A stretch of DNA of 35,238 nucleotides from a virus (Duplodnaviria > Caudoviricetes): the IMG/VR virus record IMGVR_UViG_3300037467_001409, positions 1 to 35,238 of that record. One strand, written 5' to 3'. Position 1 is the first letter of the stretch. Each line of letters begins with the position of its first letter. The notes beneath the pieces are model-generated. The model saw only the letters and a list, made by a program, of their open reading frames with translations. It searched no databases and had not been told where the DNA came from. The position numbers and the translations under genes were made by a program. Shown here in pieces: positions 16,442 through 26,470 of the stretch.

Positions 16442-17812
16442 ATGCCGTCGATCCCCTACGGGACCGGCGCATATCGCCGGACGAACGGCAACTTCCCCGA
16501 GCTAAAGCTCATCAACCTTTTTGTCGAACAGGCGAAGACTTCGGAAAACGGGGTTGCGCTGCTGTCGTCTCCTGGCCTGTCCGTGTCGTCCACGGTGGGC
16601 ACCGGCCCGATAAACGGCCTGTTCTCGAAAGAGGGCACATTTTCGGGCGACGTGTTCGCGATCTCAGGAACCGCGCTCTATCGCGCCGGGGCCGCGGTGG
16701 CGTCCGGCACAATTGCAGGAACCGGCCCGGCAAAATTCGCTGGCGGCGATCTGGAGCTAGTTGTGACGCGCGGCGCAACCGCTCGCAGCTATCTCTCGTC
16801 GGGCATTGCCGACATCGCCTTTCCTGACTCTGCAAGTGTTCGTTCCGTAACCTATATCGGCTCGCTGTTCGTTTACGTTCGGGACGATTCGGCCAAGTTC
16901 TACTGGTCGAACGTCTTGGACGGGCGGACAATCGACCCTCTCAATTTCGCTACGGCGGAACGGGAGCCGGACAGCCTTATCGATATTGCCGCCTTGGGCG
17001 ACAATATCTGGCTGTTCGGTCAGCAAACCGTGGAAGTCTGGGCGCATACAGGCGAAGCGGACCTTCCTTTTTCGAGGCTGGAAAACGTCGCGCTCGATAA
17101 GGGCATTGTCGCAACCGGGGCGGTGGTGAAGGCTGACAACAGCCTCTTCTTCGTTGGGTCCAATCGCAGCGTTTATCGCGCTGCCGACGTCCCGCAGAGA
17201 ATATCAGACCACTCGATTGAGGAGCGGATTCTTGCCTCGTCCTCGGTCCGGCTGCTTACCTATCTCCACGAGGGTCACGAGATTGTCGCCGTCCGGCTGG
17301 ATACGGAAACCCTGTGCTACGACTGTGCAACGCAAGAATGGTTTGAGCGGCAATCGAACGGCGGGCAATGGAATGCGGCTCACGCCTGCACCGTGAACGG
17401 CGCGACTGCGCTGTTCGGGCACCAAACGACCGGGCAGCTCATGGGCCTGTCCGGCCATGACGACGCGGGCGACGAAATGGAGTTGCGGTTTACCGCAGCG
17501 ATGCCGTTGGATCGCCCGCTTTCGATTGACCGGCTAAGGCTGTGGGCGAACGTCGGGCATACCGACCTGCTGACGGGGCAGGGCAGCGATCCCGTGGTTG
17601 AAATGCGCTTCTCCGACGATGCCGGGACCACCTGGAGCGATTGGGAGCCTGCAAGCCTCGGCGTTCAAGGCGACTACCGAGAAGTGCCCGAATGGCGATG
17701 CCTCGGGCAATTCGACTTTCCCGGAATCATGCTGGAGTTCCGCGTAACCGATCCTGTCGGGCTGAGGATCAGCGCGGTCAAGATCAACGATCCTGGAGGA
17801 AGACGTGCTTGA
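16442..17812 (+). CDS. Tail hub / packaged-DNA stabilization protein (P22 gp10-like)
   Basis: LNFATAE.EPD, IWLFGQQTVEVW..TG, QRISDHSIE, YDCATQEWFER, RFSDDAG.TWS, EFRVTDPV. Confidence 0.88.
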   Translation: MPSIPYGTGAYRRTNGNFPELKLINLFVEQAKTSENGVALLSSPGLSVSSTVGTGPINGLFSKEGTFSGDVFAISGTALYRAGAAVASGTIAGTGPAKFAGGDLELVVTRGATARSYLSSGIADIAFPDSASVRSVTYIGSLFVYVRDDSAKFYWSNVLDGRTIDPLNFATAEREPDSLIDIAALGDNIWLFGQQTVEVWAHTGEADLPFSRLENVALDKGIVATGAVVKADNSLFFVGSNRSVYRAADVPQRISDHSIEERILASSSVRLLTYLHEGHEIVAVRLDTETLCYDCATQEWFERQSNGGQWNAAHACTVNGATALFGHQTTGQLMGLSGHDDAGDEMELRFTAAMPLDRPLSIDRLRLWANVGHTDLLTGQGSDPVVEMRFSDDAGTTWSDWEPASLGVQGDYREVPEWRCLGQFDFPGIMLEFRVTDPVGLRISAVKINDPGGRRA

Positions 17813-17996
17813 CGTTATCAGAGCGCTGGGCGGGGCTCCCGTCCAAGGCGCGCCGCTCGCTCCGCCGGGCGTTATGGTTCCCCATGCGCCGCATGTTGTG
17901 GTCGCGGCTATGCCGCAACCGACGCAGCCGATCATCAATCCGCAGTTGGCGGTCGCGGCGCTTCACGGCCAACTCTACCGGCCCGCCAGATACTGA
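17805..17996 (+). CDS. Small Pro/Ala-rich hypothetical protein
   Basis: GTG after GGAGG; exactly fills the gap between its neighbours. Confidence 0.5.
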   Translation: MLDVIRALGGAPVQGAPLAPPGVMVPHAPHVVVAAMPQPTQPIINPQLAVAALHGQLYRPARY

Positions 17997-18860
17997 ATGG
18001 CCCGGCTCCTTGATCGTCTTTCGGACATCAACTCGAAGACGCCAAGGGGGGTCTATACTTGGGCGCAACGGGTCTGCGAGCAAATTGAGGCCGCGTTCGC
18101 TCGTCAACAAACGCAGATTACGGCCCTGGAGAACCTGAACAGCGACGATGTTCTGACGCCAGCAAAGAAGCCTCAGTGGATACTCTTCAACTCGTTCCTG
18201 ACTGGCGAACAGACGGGCCTCGATGCAGAGGCGACAGCCTACGGAATCACGACTGAAAAGACGGCCTACGACGCCGCGCAAACGGCGCTCTCTGGCTATC
18301 TCGCAACGCTAACGGCGGCGGTCGCGTGGGATGATCTGACGGGCGACACCGCTATTACGGGAACGACGTTTCGCTCCAAGTTCAACGACGTGCTGGTAGC
18401 GAAACAGGCGCTTTTGAACGCCATGCACGGCTCGGCAAAGGCGCTGGCCGACAACGCGCAATCGACCGCGACGACGGCCAAGAAGAACGACGCCATTTCG
18501 GCAAGCTGGACATCGCCGGGTTCGATCCTGTCCGCGACGGATGCTGGAACAAGTGCGACGATCACGATTGCCGGTCACACCCGGAAATATGGAGATTCGT
18601 CTTCTGTGCTGGTCACCGGGGCAAGCATAACGGGCCTCCCCTATTCGGCGGCCTATTACATTTATTACGACGACAACAATCACGCAGGCGGCGCGGTCAC
18701 GTTCGTCGCCACCACAAACCCGAACACGGCTGCCTACAACTCGGCAACCGGGCGTCATTACTGCGGCTCTGTCGTTACTCCGGCGTCTGGCGGCGGATCG
18801 ACCAGCGGCGGCACGCTCCCGCCGGGCGGCGGTTACACAGGTCCGGGCGCAATCCCATGA
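17997..18860 (+). CDS. Tail needle/fibre-like protein (helical shaft plus beta-rich tip)
   Basis: gp26 position; coiled-coil N-half with SDDVLTPAKK, Thr/Gly/Tyr-rich C-terminal domain. Confidence 0.6.
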   Translation: MARLLDRLSDINSKTPRGVYTWAQRVCEQIEAAFARQQTQITALENLNSDDVLTPAKKPQWILFNSFLTGEQTGLDAEATAYGITTEKTAYDAAQTALSGYLATLTAAVAWDDLTGDTAITGTTFRSKFNDVLVAKQALLNAMHGSAKALADNAQSTATTAKKNDAISASWTSPGSILSATDAGTSATITIAGHTRKYGDSSSVLVTGASITGLPYSAAYYIYYDDNNHAGGAVTFVATTNPNTAAYNSATGRHYCGSVVTPASGGGSTSGGTLPPGGGYTGPGAIP

Positions 18861-19261
18861 TCCGACGCCTGTTCGCCGATGAGGCGGATAAGGTCAACGA
18901 GCTGCTGAACGATCAGGCGATCAGGCCGACGCTGTTGGGCGAAGGTTATTTGGACGCAACCGGCCTTCTGAAAGACGAGAACAACCGCTGTTACATGGAT
19001 GAGCGCGGCGGCTCGATGTTCCGCTGGGCTGGTCCGGGTATCTACGAAGGGCACAGCTTCTTCCGCGTTCGCGGGCGCGAAGCGCTCGAAGCTGGCCGCG
19101 AATGCCTCTTTCAAATGAGCGATGCAAGAATCATCTGGGGCGCAACGCCGCTCCAAAACAGGGCCGCGCGCTGGTTCAACCGACAGCTCGGTTTCAAGTC
19201 ACAAGGCGAGATAAGCATCCCCCTGCAAGGGCGCTGCGAACTCTTCTCATTGGAGAAATAG
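18857..19261 (+). CDS. GNAT-fold virion assembly protein (P22 gp14 / DUF2824-like)
   Basis: YEGHSFF...RGR, IWGATPLQNRAARWFNRQLGFKSQG; position before the ejection genes. Confidence 0.7.
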   Translation: MIRRLFADEADKVNELLNDQAIRPTLLGEGYLDATGLLKDENNRCYMDERGGSMFRWAGPGIYEGHSFFRVRGREALEAGRECLFQMSDARIIWGATPLQNRAARWFNRQLGFKSQGEISIPLQGRCELFSLEK

Positions 19262-20392
19262 ATGCCTGTTGGAGCAGCTCTCGGCGCTATCGGCACGATT
19301 GGCGGAGCCCTTATCAGTGCTGGCGCGCAAAAGTCTGCGGCTCGCCAAGCCGCCCAGGCGCAGCAATCCGCTACCGATGCGCAGCTTCAGCTTGGGCAGC
19401 AATCACTTGGCCTCAACCGCGACATTTACAATTCCAATTATGCGCTTCTCAATCCGTTCGTCACGCGCGGCAACGCCGCTGGCGATGCAATCAACGCGCT
19501 CCTCGGCCTCCCGTCTGCCCCTGCGGTGGCTTCGCCAGCCGCCGCTCCGGTGGCTGGTTCCGGAGCGCAAACCGCTCCTGTTTTCTCGCAGTCTCCCGTT
19601 CCGAACAGCTCGCTCGCACCCTCCAACATCGGGATCATCAACACCGCCCGAAGTGCCGTCCTGAGCCCAGGAGAACGCGCGGCCAGAATGGGCGGCGAGC
19701 CGATGGGCCTGCCGACCGCAGGACCGCAGGCGAATGGCGATCACATCGCGACTGGGGGGCTCGGCAGCCTCAATGTCTTTGCCGACCATCCTGTAAGCGT
19801 GGCAGGAATCGGCCCGGTAGGGGCGGCGGCAATGCCCTCGCCAACAGCGCAGCCCGCTTCGGGCGGCGCTCCTGCGCCGTCCGGCGCTCCGTCCGCTTAT
19901 AATGCCTTCCAGAATTTTGCCGACTCTGCCGGAATGCAGTTCCAGCAAGATCAAGCGGCCAAGGCGATAAACAATCTCTACGCAGCACATGGCAACGTCG
20001 GCTCAGGCGCTGCGATGAAGGCAATCTCCGACCGCGCGGGACAGATTGCGTTGCAAAACTATTTCATGCCTTACGTTGGCCTCCTCGGAGATCAGCAAGG
20101 CGCTGGCCTGAGCGCCGGATCGGCTGTGGCCGGTGTCGGCTCGAATTTCGGGCGAACGGCTGCGGACATCAATACGCAGATGGGGAACGCCTATCAGAAC
20201 AATGCCAATTCAGCCGCCAGCGCGGCGGCTGTTCGTGGGCTTGCCGGTGCCAATCTCGGCTCCAGCATAGGGAGCAGCCTCGGCACGCTCGCCTCCAGCT
20301 TCTTCCCCGCCAATGCAGCAGCGCCAGCCGCAGGTTCCGGAAACATCGTCTTCACTGGTGGGGCTGGCTATACGGGGAACGGCTTCGGATGA
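19262..20392 (+). CDS. Ejection / DNA-transfer protein (gp7-like)
   Basis: Gly/Ala-rich hydrophobic N-terminus, AARQAAQAQ, FQQDQA.KAI, SGAAMKAI. Confidence 0.75.
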   Translation: MPVGAALGAIGTIGGALISAGAQKSAARQAAQAQQSATDAQLQLGQQSLGLNRDIYNSNYALLNPFVTRGNAAGDAINALLGLPSAPAVASPAAAPVAGSGAQTAPVFSQSPVPNSSLAPSNIGIINTARSAVLSPGERAARMGGEPMGLPTAGPQANGDHIATGGLGSLNVFADHPVSVAGIGPVGAAAMPSPTAQPASGGAPAPSGAPSAYNAFQNFADSAGMQFQQDQAAKAINNLYAAHGNVGSGAAMKAISDRAGQIALQNYFMPYVGLLGDQQGAGLSAGSAVAGVGSNFGRTAADINTQMGNAYQNNANSAASAAAVRGLAGANLGSSIGSSLGTLASSFFPANAAAPAAGSGNIVFTGGAGYTGNGFG

Positions 20393-20520
20393 CGCCTCAA
20401 GAAAAATTGGACCTTCGGGAACGCCAGCTCGCCGCTCGCGAAGGCAAGCCGGGCTTCAAACAAAACTGCGCCGAGATTCGGGCTGAGATCGCCAGATTGA
20501 AGGAACAGATGAATGGCTGA
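20389..20520 (+). CDS. Small hypothetical protein (43 aa, MTPQEKLDLRERQLAAREGKPGFKQN...)
   Basis: Below the track cutoff; ATGA coupling upstream and 8-bp overlap with the downstream start. Confidence 0.6.
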   Translation: MTPQEKLDLRERQLAAREGKPGFKQNCAEIRAEIARLKEQMNG

Positions 20521-21487
20521 CCCGTATAGCATTATCGCGTCCTATCCGAACGCGGGGCAGGCGTTCGCAACCGCCTACAGTCAGGGCCAGGAGCAGAACC
20601 GCCAACAGCGCATCCGGCAATCCATCGCCGCGCTCTCCGCTGGCAACAACCCGGATGCCTTGCGCCAGCTTTACGCGGACGATCCGCAAACGGCCATGTC
20701 GATGGAGAATCAGCTATATCAGCGTTCCGAGCGCCAGCGCGAAGCGGATAGCCGCGCTGCGCTTGGGGACTATTACTCGAATCCCAACGACCAGGGCGCG
20801 GCGGCTAGGGCTGCGAGCGCGGACCCCGAGAAATTCATCACATTCCAGGGTAAGCGCCTTGATGCGACGAAGACGGACCTGAGCAACGCAATTCAGTTGC
20901 ACGATATGTCGATGCAGCTCCTTGGCGGCGTCCACGATCAGGCCAGCTACGATCAGGCGAAGGCGAGCGCCCGTTCTCTCTATGCTCAATACGGCAAGGA
21001 TTTCGACTCCCTGAACCTGCCTGACACCTACAGTCCCGATCTTGTCCACGATCTCCAGATGCAGGGAATGGACACGTCGAAGCAACTCTCCGCGATTGCG
21101 CGGGAGAACAACGTCGATTCCCAAATTGAGGACCGGCAAGGCCGGTTGGAGGAATACACTCGCCACAATCAGGCGATGGAGAACAATCAGCGGCGCGGGC
21201 AGGATATGCGCGCCAACGGCACCGGCAAGCCTGCCGTGCCCAAGGCACCGACGCCGACGACGGTGATTGGTGCGATCATGGCAAAGCAGGCGCGGGGGGA
21301 ACAGCTCACGCCAGCGGAGGCGAAAACCTATAACGAATATCGCACCGCCAAGGCGAAGCCGACCGGGGGCCACGGCGGCGGTCAAAGCACCGGCCTGTCG
21401 CGTCCGCAAAATCGGGCGGAATATGATGCAATTCCGAGCGGCACTCGCTTCGTCGATCCGAATGGGAACGTGAGGGTTAAGCCGTAA
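20513..21487 (+). CDS. Ejection / DNA-transfer protein (gp20-like position)
   Basis: Gln/Ala-rich and helical; C-terminal YDAIPSGTRFVDPNGNVRVKP motif. Confidence 0.65.
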   Translation: MADPYSIIASYPNAGQAFATAYSQGQEQNRQQRIRQSIAALSAGNNPDALRQLYADDPQTAMSMENQLYQRSERQREADSRAALGDYYSNPNDQGAAARAASADPEKFITFQGKRLDATKTDLSNAIQLHDMSMQLLGGVHDQASYDQAKASARSLYAQYGKDFDSLNLPDTYSPDLVHDLQMQGMDTSKQLSAIARENNVDSQIEDRQGRLEEYTRHNQAMENNQRRGQDMRANGTGKPAVPKAPTPTTVIGAIMAKQARGEQLTPAEAKTYNEYRTAKAKPTGGHGGGQSTGLSRPQNRAEYDAIPSGTRFVDPNGNVRVKP

Positions 21488-24400
21488 TGGCCGATAATTG
21501 GTGGCAGTCGGCCCCGCTCGCGGAAACGCCGGGGCCGACTGCCGCTCTTTCCCGTCTGGAAGACATGGGAGCGGTGGTCACAAGCGGCTTCCGCACGCCT
21601 GCCGACGTGGGGCGTTTGAGGCGCGAGGGATACACCCCAGCAACGGACGGCGCGCACAATCACGGCGATGGTGTCGATCTTATTCCAGGCGGTCAGTTCA
21701 AGTCGCTGTCGCAGCTCCAGGCTTACGCGCAAAAGGAGTTCGGCTCAGGCGCGGTCGTCCAGATTCACAACGGAACACACGTCCACGTCGATGTTCCCGG
21801 CTGGGGATCTGCTCCCGATGTGACGCGCAATCCCGCGCTGCGGCAAGGCGCGTGGTGGCAGGATGCACCGCTAGAGGCGAATTCCAAGCCGTCGCCGCAA
21901 ACGGCCCAGCCTGAGGCGACAGTAACCGGACTGCATGACGGAGACACGTTCTCGCTTTCGGACAACAAGAACGGGCGGCTGTTCGGTGCCGACGCTTTCG
22001 AGCTTGGGCAAACCGGACACCGTTCGGATGGGACGGTTGTTCCCTTGGGGACGGAAGCGCGGGACTTCATGGCTCCGCGCGTTGCCGGTCAGCCATTCGC
22101 CCCAACCGGATCGGTAAGCTACGGGCGTCCGGTGGGTTCGGTCGGCACTCCCGGCAATGATCCCGCGATTGCCCTGCTTCGCAACGGTTTCGGCTTGGCG
22201 ACTCCCCAATATCTCCAAGGCTCTCCGCAGTTCGCGCCTTACATGGAAGCGGAGCGGCTGGCTCGCCTCAACCGCCTCGGCGGCTTCCAGACTGACGCCT
22301 CCACGCCTTCCGAGTTCCGCCACGGCTCGCCGTTCGCTCAAGCGGAGCCGGGAACCTACGGCAATGGCGTTGCGGTGTTCAAGGACGAGCCGACGCCCTT
22401 CCAAGGGCTGCGTCCTGACATTGCCAAGGGCTACATTTCGATCTGGCAAGACCCCAAGAGTAAGCCGGAAGATTTGCTGGCCTACGCGAAGGCCAACGGG
22501 TTCACGCTCGATCCCGCCCAAGTGGCGAAGAAATACGCTGCCCGCGACAAGGGAGCGATTCCGGGCGGAGAGATTAGTTATCGTGAAGCCCCAATGCCGC
22601 TCATTGATCCGGGCGACGGAAAGACGGGCGCGTTCCTGCGCGGCCTTGGCGATCCGTTCAACATGATCGACGAGCTGGGCGGCGTTGCTGACACGCTGGG
22701 CATTCCCTCGCCGGGGGCTGGCGGGCCGCGCGAAACAATCTTCAACGCGCCGCCGGGAACGCGCTTTGGCGACATTCTCTGGAACAACATAGATCAAAAC
22801 AGGGCGATCCTCGCCAACGACGAGATGGCGCATCCTTACGCCAGGTTCGGCGGGCAACTCGCTTCCGGGCTGGCAATCCCTGCGGTTGGTGTCGAGGGCG
22901 TTGGGGCAAGGGCGGCGGAAGAAGCTCTGGCTGCTGGCGCGTCACGCTTCGCTGCCGAAGAAGCGGCGAAGTCAGCCGTCCGGAACCGGCTGATCGCCGT
23001 GGGGGCCGCCGAAGGCGGGGCGATGGGAGAGGGCGGCGGGGAAGGCAACCCAATTCAACGCCTGCCTAGCGCCGCATTCGGGGCCGCAACGGGCGGGCTA
23101 ATCGGCGCTGCGGCAACTCCGGTTGTCGAGGCTGGTGCCGCTGCGCTTCGTTTCCTGCGCCGCCCAACGCAACTAACCGAAGAAATGGCGCAAGAGGCCG
23201 CCGCTCGCGAAGCTACGGCCCAGCCTGACGGCAGCGTTCCGCCGCTCGATCCTGAAACACTCCGGGCGGTCAATGGCGGCGCGACCGTTAACGGTGAAAC
23301 CGCGCCGCTTGCCCGTGGGGAGAACGGCCAACCCTTTATTGAGCCTGACACGATTCAGCACGCGAACGGGGGCTTCTCGGCCTCGCGCGAGCCTGACGCT
23401 GCGGCAATGGCTGCCGACGAAGCGCCGTCAATCGCCAGCGAACCGATCCCCAATGCGGCGGCTGCCGACGCTCCGTCTGGAGGGGTGCGGATTCCCGCGC
23501 ATATCGCGGAAGGCGCGGACGGCGTGCGCCCGGAAGACGTGCTTCCCCGACCGGCCAATGCGCCCCAATCTCTGGAAGAGGCTACTGCGGCCAATCCAGG
23601 CCGGTTCTTTACTCTGCCAGCGCCGGACGAGTTCAAGGAATTGCCTGTGCGCGTGGTGACCACGCCAACCGGGGGCAAGGTCCGTATCCGCGCCCCGCTC
23701 GATCTTACGCAGTCGCTTCGCCTCATGGGCGGGATTCAGGATCAGGGCGGCGAATTGTCGCACCTTGGCATTACCAACGAACCGCGCAAGCTGGACTTCG
23801 GCGGGAACGAACAATTCCTCGGAAAGCTGGTGAACGAAAATGGGATGCCGCTGGATGAGGCGATGCAGCGGCTGTGGGAAGAAGGCTATTTCCCCGAATT
23901 TCACGACCGCCCGCACTTCAACGAATTGCTTGATGCTCTCAAGCTGGAACAGATGGGCCAGCGGCGGTTTCACCCGGACGATCAGCACCTTGCGGAACGC
24001 TTCGCCAATGCGCGCGAGGATCGTTTCAGGATCGAACAGGCTGCTGCTGACGGGTCGCCGCTTGTCGATGAGCGCGGCGCACCGGCAACGCTGGAAGACC
24101 AGCTTTCCAATCAGCCTCCGGCTGCGGCTTACGATAACGTCAACGCCAATGCGGTCCGCGCCGCGAACATCAATCTCGACAAGCTCTATTCCGCCACGTC
24201 GGTAAAGGGCGGTGACATTCGCGCGGCAATCAAGTTCTCCGCCGATACGTTCGGCGGTTTCGCGGAAGCGCGGCGTGGGGTCCAGGGTTGGCAACAGACA
24301 AATGAGCTTGCCGACAAGCTCGGAATGACGCCTGAATCGCTTCTGTCGCGCGCTCATGGCGAAGCATGGAACGCGGAACATATCGAGGGCGCGAACCGCC

Positions 24401-26400
24401 TGCTGGACGCCAGCGCAACGCGGCTGGTGAAGGCACGCGATGCGGCCTTGGCAGGGGGAGAAAAGGAAAAGGCCGATTTTGTTCGGGCGTTCCTGCTTCA
24501 CTCGGCCATTACCGAACAGGCGTCAGCGATCCGCGCGGAAGCGGGCCGTGCGCTCCAGGTTCTTCGCAAAGTGTCGAAGGCCGGGCTGAGCGATAACAAA
24601 GCTATCGCGGCGGCGATGAAGCGTCTCGACAGCGGCGCGTCCGTCGATGAGCTGGCGCAAATGGTTGGCGATCTGGCGCATGATCCGGCGAAGCTAAACA
24701 CCTTCGTTCGGGACGCGATGAAGCCGACCTGGAAGGACAAGATTAGGGCGCTGTTCTATTTCTCGCTTCTGAGCAATCCGGTTACGCATTTCGTCAACGT
24801 CATGGGCAACATGGGGCGGCTCGGGCTGGAAACCGCAACCGATTACGCCGCGGTCGGCGTCGGCGGCGTCAGCGCGGCGGCTGCCAAGCTGACGGGACGC
24901 CAGATTGAGCGGTTCACGCTCAGCGAAGCTAACGCTCGCGCGGCGGCGCTTATCTCGTCGTTCCCCGATGCGATCCTGGCCTTTGTTCGCACCATGCGTT
25001 CCGGCCAAACGGCTGATGGCATTACCAAGGAAATTGGCGGGGTGCGGCAAGCCTTCACCGGCAAGGTTGGAACCGTCATCCATGCCCCCGGACGTCTGCT
25101 GGCTGCGGAAGACGAGTTCTTTAAGGCGTTCGGGCGGCACATGGCGTTGAACGGCCTTGCGGTTCGCCAGGCGCGCAACGAGGGCTTGAGGGGCGCGGCT
25201 GCGGAACAGCGGATCGTCGATCTACTGTCGAATCCAACCGATGAAATGATGGCGAAGTCGTTTGACTATGCCCGTTATCTCACCTTCCAGAGCGAGTTGG
25301 GCGCGCCCGGAAAACTGCTGCAAACGGCGTCCACGAAATACCTTTGGCCGATCATCCCGTTCACGCGGACGCCGATCAACATTTTCAAAACGGCGGCGGA
25401 GCATTCACCGCTGGCGTTGGCAATGCCCAAGTGGTTCTGGGCCGAAGTTCGGGCTGGCGGTGCCCAGCGCGATGCGGCCATTGGTAAATTCCTGTTCGGC
25501 AGCGCCGCCGCCATGTTTATCGCCAAGGCTGCTGCTGACGGGCACATTACCGGCAACGGTCCATCCGATCCCGGCGCGCGCAGGGAATTGATGCAAACGG
25601 GATGGCAACCCTACTCGATAAAGGTAGGTGATCGCTATTTCAGTTATTCCCGCTTGGACCCGTTCGCCACCATTATCGGCACGGTTGCCGATATGGTGGA
25701 CAAGTCGGACGGGCAAATGACGGAATCGCAGCGGGACAAGTCCGCGTTCATCATCGTCGGCTCGATCATCCACAACCTATCCAGCAAAACGTGGCTTCAA
25801 GGGATTACCGACTTCACCACCGCGATGTCTGAAGTGTCCAGCGGCGATCCTACTGCCGCCCAACGCTACGTCCAGCGGTTCATCGCTTCGTGGATTCCGG
25901 CTCCTGTGGGGCAGGCTGCGCGGGCGATCGATCCGGTCCAGCGGTCAACCTCGGATGAGGCAATCCAGGGCACGATTGACACCATAAAGTCGCGGATTCC
26001 GTTCGCCTCGGAAACGCTCATGCCGCGCCGGGATATGTTCGGGGAAGAGCTGACGCGCGGAAGCACGGGGAGCGTGGTCGGTGACTTTCTCAATCCAATC
26101 TATACGTCGCAGGATAAGCGCGATCCGGTTCTCTCCGCGATCCAGGAGTCCGGCGCGACCATCGGGCCGCTCAACCGGCGCGTCAAAATCAACGGGGAAT
26201 CGGTCAAGCTGAACGATCCCCAATGGGACAAATATCAGAAGGTCGCTGGGCAGCTCACAAGGCTATACATTCAGGATGCCGTGAGCGGTCCCGAGTTCCG
26301 CACAATGAGCGGGGATGATCGCAAGGATGCGATCAATGCAGCCAAAGTCCAGGCGCGCAAGGATGCGCGGGTGACGCTGGGATATTCGGACGAAGAATAG
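21487..26400 (+). CDS. Large ejection / internal virion protein with M15 peptidase, thermonuclease (SNase) domain and helical C-terminal region
   Basis: TSGFR, H-x6-D and HVH (M15); DGDT, RLFGADAFE, YGR (SNase); PFTRTPINI and GWQPYSIKVGDRYFSYSRLDPF typical of podovirus large internal proteins. Confidence 0.85.
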   Translation: MADNWWQSAPLAETPGPTAALSRLEDMGAVVTSGFRTPADVGRLRREGYTPATDGAHNHGDGVDLIPGGQFKSLSQLQAYAQKEFGSGAVVQIHNGTHVHVDVPGWGSAPDVTRNPALRQGAWWQDAPLEANSKPSPQTAQPEATVTGLHDGDTFSLSDNKNGRLFGADAFELGQTGHRSDGTVVPLGTEARDFMAPRVAGQPFAPTGSVSYGRPVGSVGTPGNDPAIALLRNGFGLATPQYLQGSPQFAPYMEAERLARLNRLGGFQTDASTPSEFRHGSPFAQAEPGTYGNGVAVFKDEPTPFQGLRPDIAKGYISIWQDPKSKPEDLLAYAKANGFTLDPAQVAKKYAARDKGAIPGGEISYREAPMPLIDPGDGKTGAFLRGLGDPFNMIDELGGVADTLGIPSPGAGGPRETIFNAPPGTRFGDILWNNIDQNRAILANDEMAHPYARFGGQLASGLAIPAVGVEGVGARAAEEALAAGASRFAAEEAAKSAVRNRLIAVGAAEGGAMGEGGGEGNPIQRLPSAAFGAATGGLIGAAATPVVEAGAAALRFLRRPTQLTEEMAQEAAAREATAQPDGSVPPLDPETLRAVNGGATVNGETAPLARGENGQPFIEPDTIQHANGGFSASREPDAAAMAADEAPSIASEPIPNAAAADAPSGGVRIPAHIAEGADGVRPEDVLPRPANAPQSLEEATAANPGRFFTLPAPDEFKELPVRVVTTPTGGKVRIRAPLDLTQSLRLMGGIQDQGGELSHLGITNEPRKLDFGGNEQFLGKLVNENGMPLDEAMQRLWEEGYFPEFHDRPHFNELLDALKLEQMGQRRFHPDDQHLAERFANAREDRFRIEQAAADGSPLVDERGAPATLEDQLSNQPPAAAYDNVNANAVRAANINLDKLYSATSVKGGDIRAAIKFSADTFGGFAEARRGVQGWQQTNELADKLGMTPESLLSRAHGEAWNAEHIEGANRLLDASATRLVKARDAALAGGEKEKADFVRAFLLHSAITEQASAIRAEAGRALQVLRKVSKAGLSDNKAIAAAMKRLDSGASVDELAQMVGDLAHDPAKLNTFVRDAMKPTWKDKIRALFYFSLLSNPVTHFVNVMGNMGRLGLETATDYAAVGVGGVSAAAAKLTGRQIERFTLSEANARAAALISSFPDAILAFVRTMRSGQTADGITKEIGGVRQAFTGKVGTVIHAPGRLLAAEDEFFKAFGRHMALNGLAVRQARNEGLRGAAAEQRIVDLLSNPTDEMMAKSFDYARYLTFQSELGAPGKLLQTASTKYLWPIIPFTRTPINIFKTAAEHSPLALAMPKWFWAEVRAGGAQRDAAIGKFLFGSAAAMFIAKAAADGHITGNGPSDPGARRELMQTGWQPYSIKVGDRYFSYSRLDPFATIIGTVADMVDKSDGQMTESQRDKSAFIIVGSIIHNLSSKTWLQGITDFTTAMSEVSSGDPTAAQRYVQRFIASWIPAPVGQAARAIDPVQRSTSDEAIQGTIDTIKSRIPFASETLMPRRDMFGEELTRGSTGSVVGDFLNPIYTSQDKRDPVLSAIQESGATIGPLNRRVKINGESVKLNDPQWDKYQKVAGQLTRLYIQDAVSGPEFRTMSGDDRKDAINAAKVQARKDARVTLGYSDEE

Positions 26401-26431
26401 CGGCCTCTCACGGCGCTAATTGAAACCTTGC

Positions 26432-26458
26432 AGCCGCCTTCCGGGCGGCTTTTTCTTT
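26432..26458 (+). terminator. Intrinsic terminator before the tailspike gene
   Basis: AGCCGCCT-TCC-GGGCGGCT followed by TTTTCTTT. Confidence 0.75.
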
Positions 26459-26470
26459 GGGGGAAATACG

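Noticed and set aside
23428-24501. 357-aa antisense ORF (also 21871-22857, 7741-8460, 12455-13126 and similar)
   Set aside because: Shadow frames of well-supported genes in GC-rich DNA, with no motifs
26420-26470. ORF-track N-terminal extensions (tailspike, int 7372, terS 9274, 29665, 35149 and others)
   Set aside because: They run through terminators or neighbouring genes; downstream starts have SD sequences or stop-start coupling
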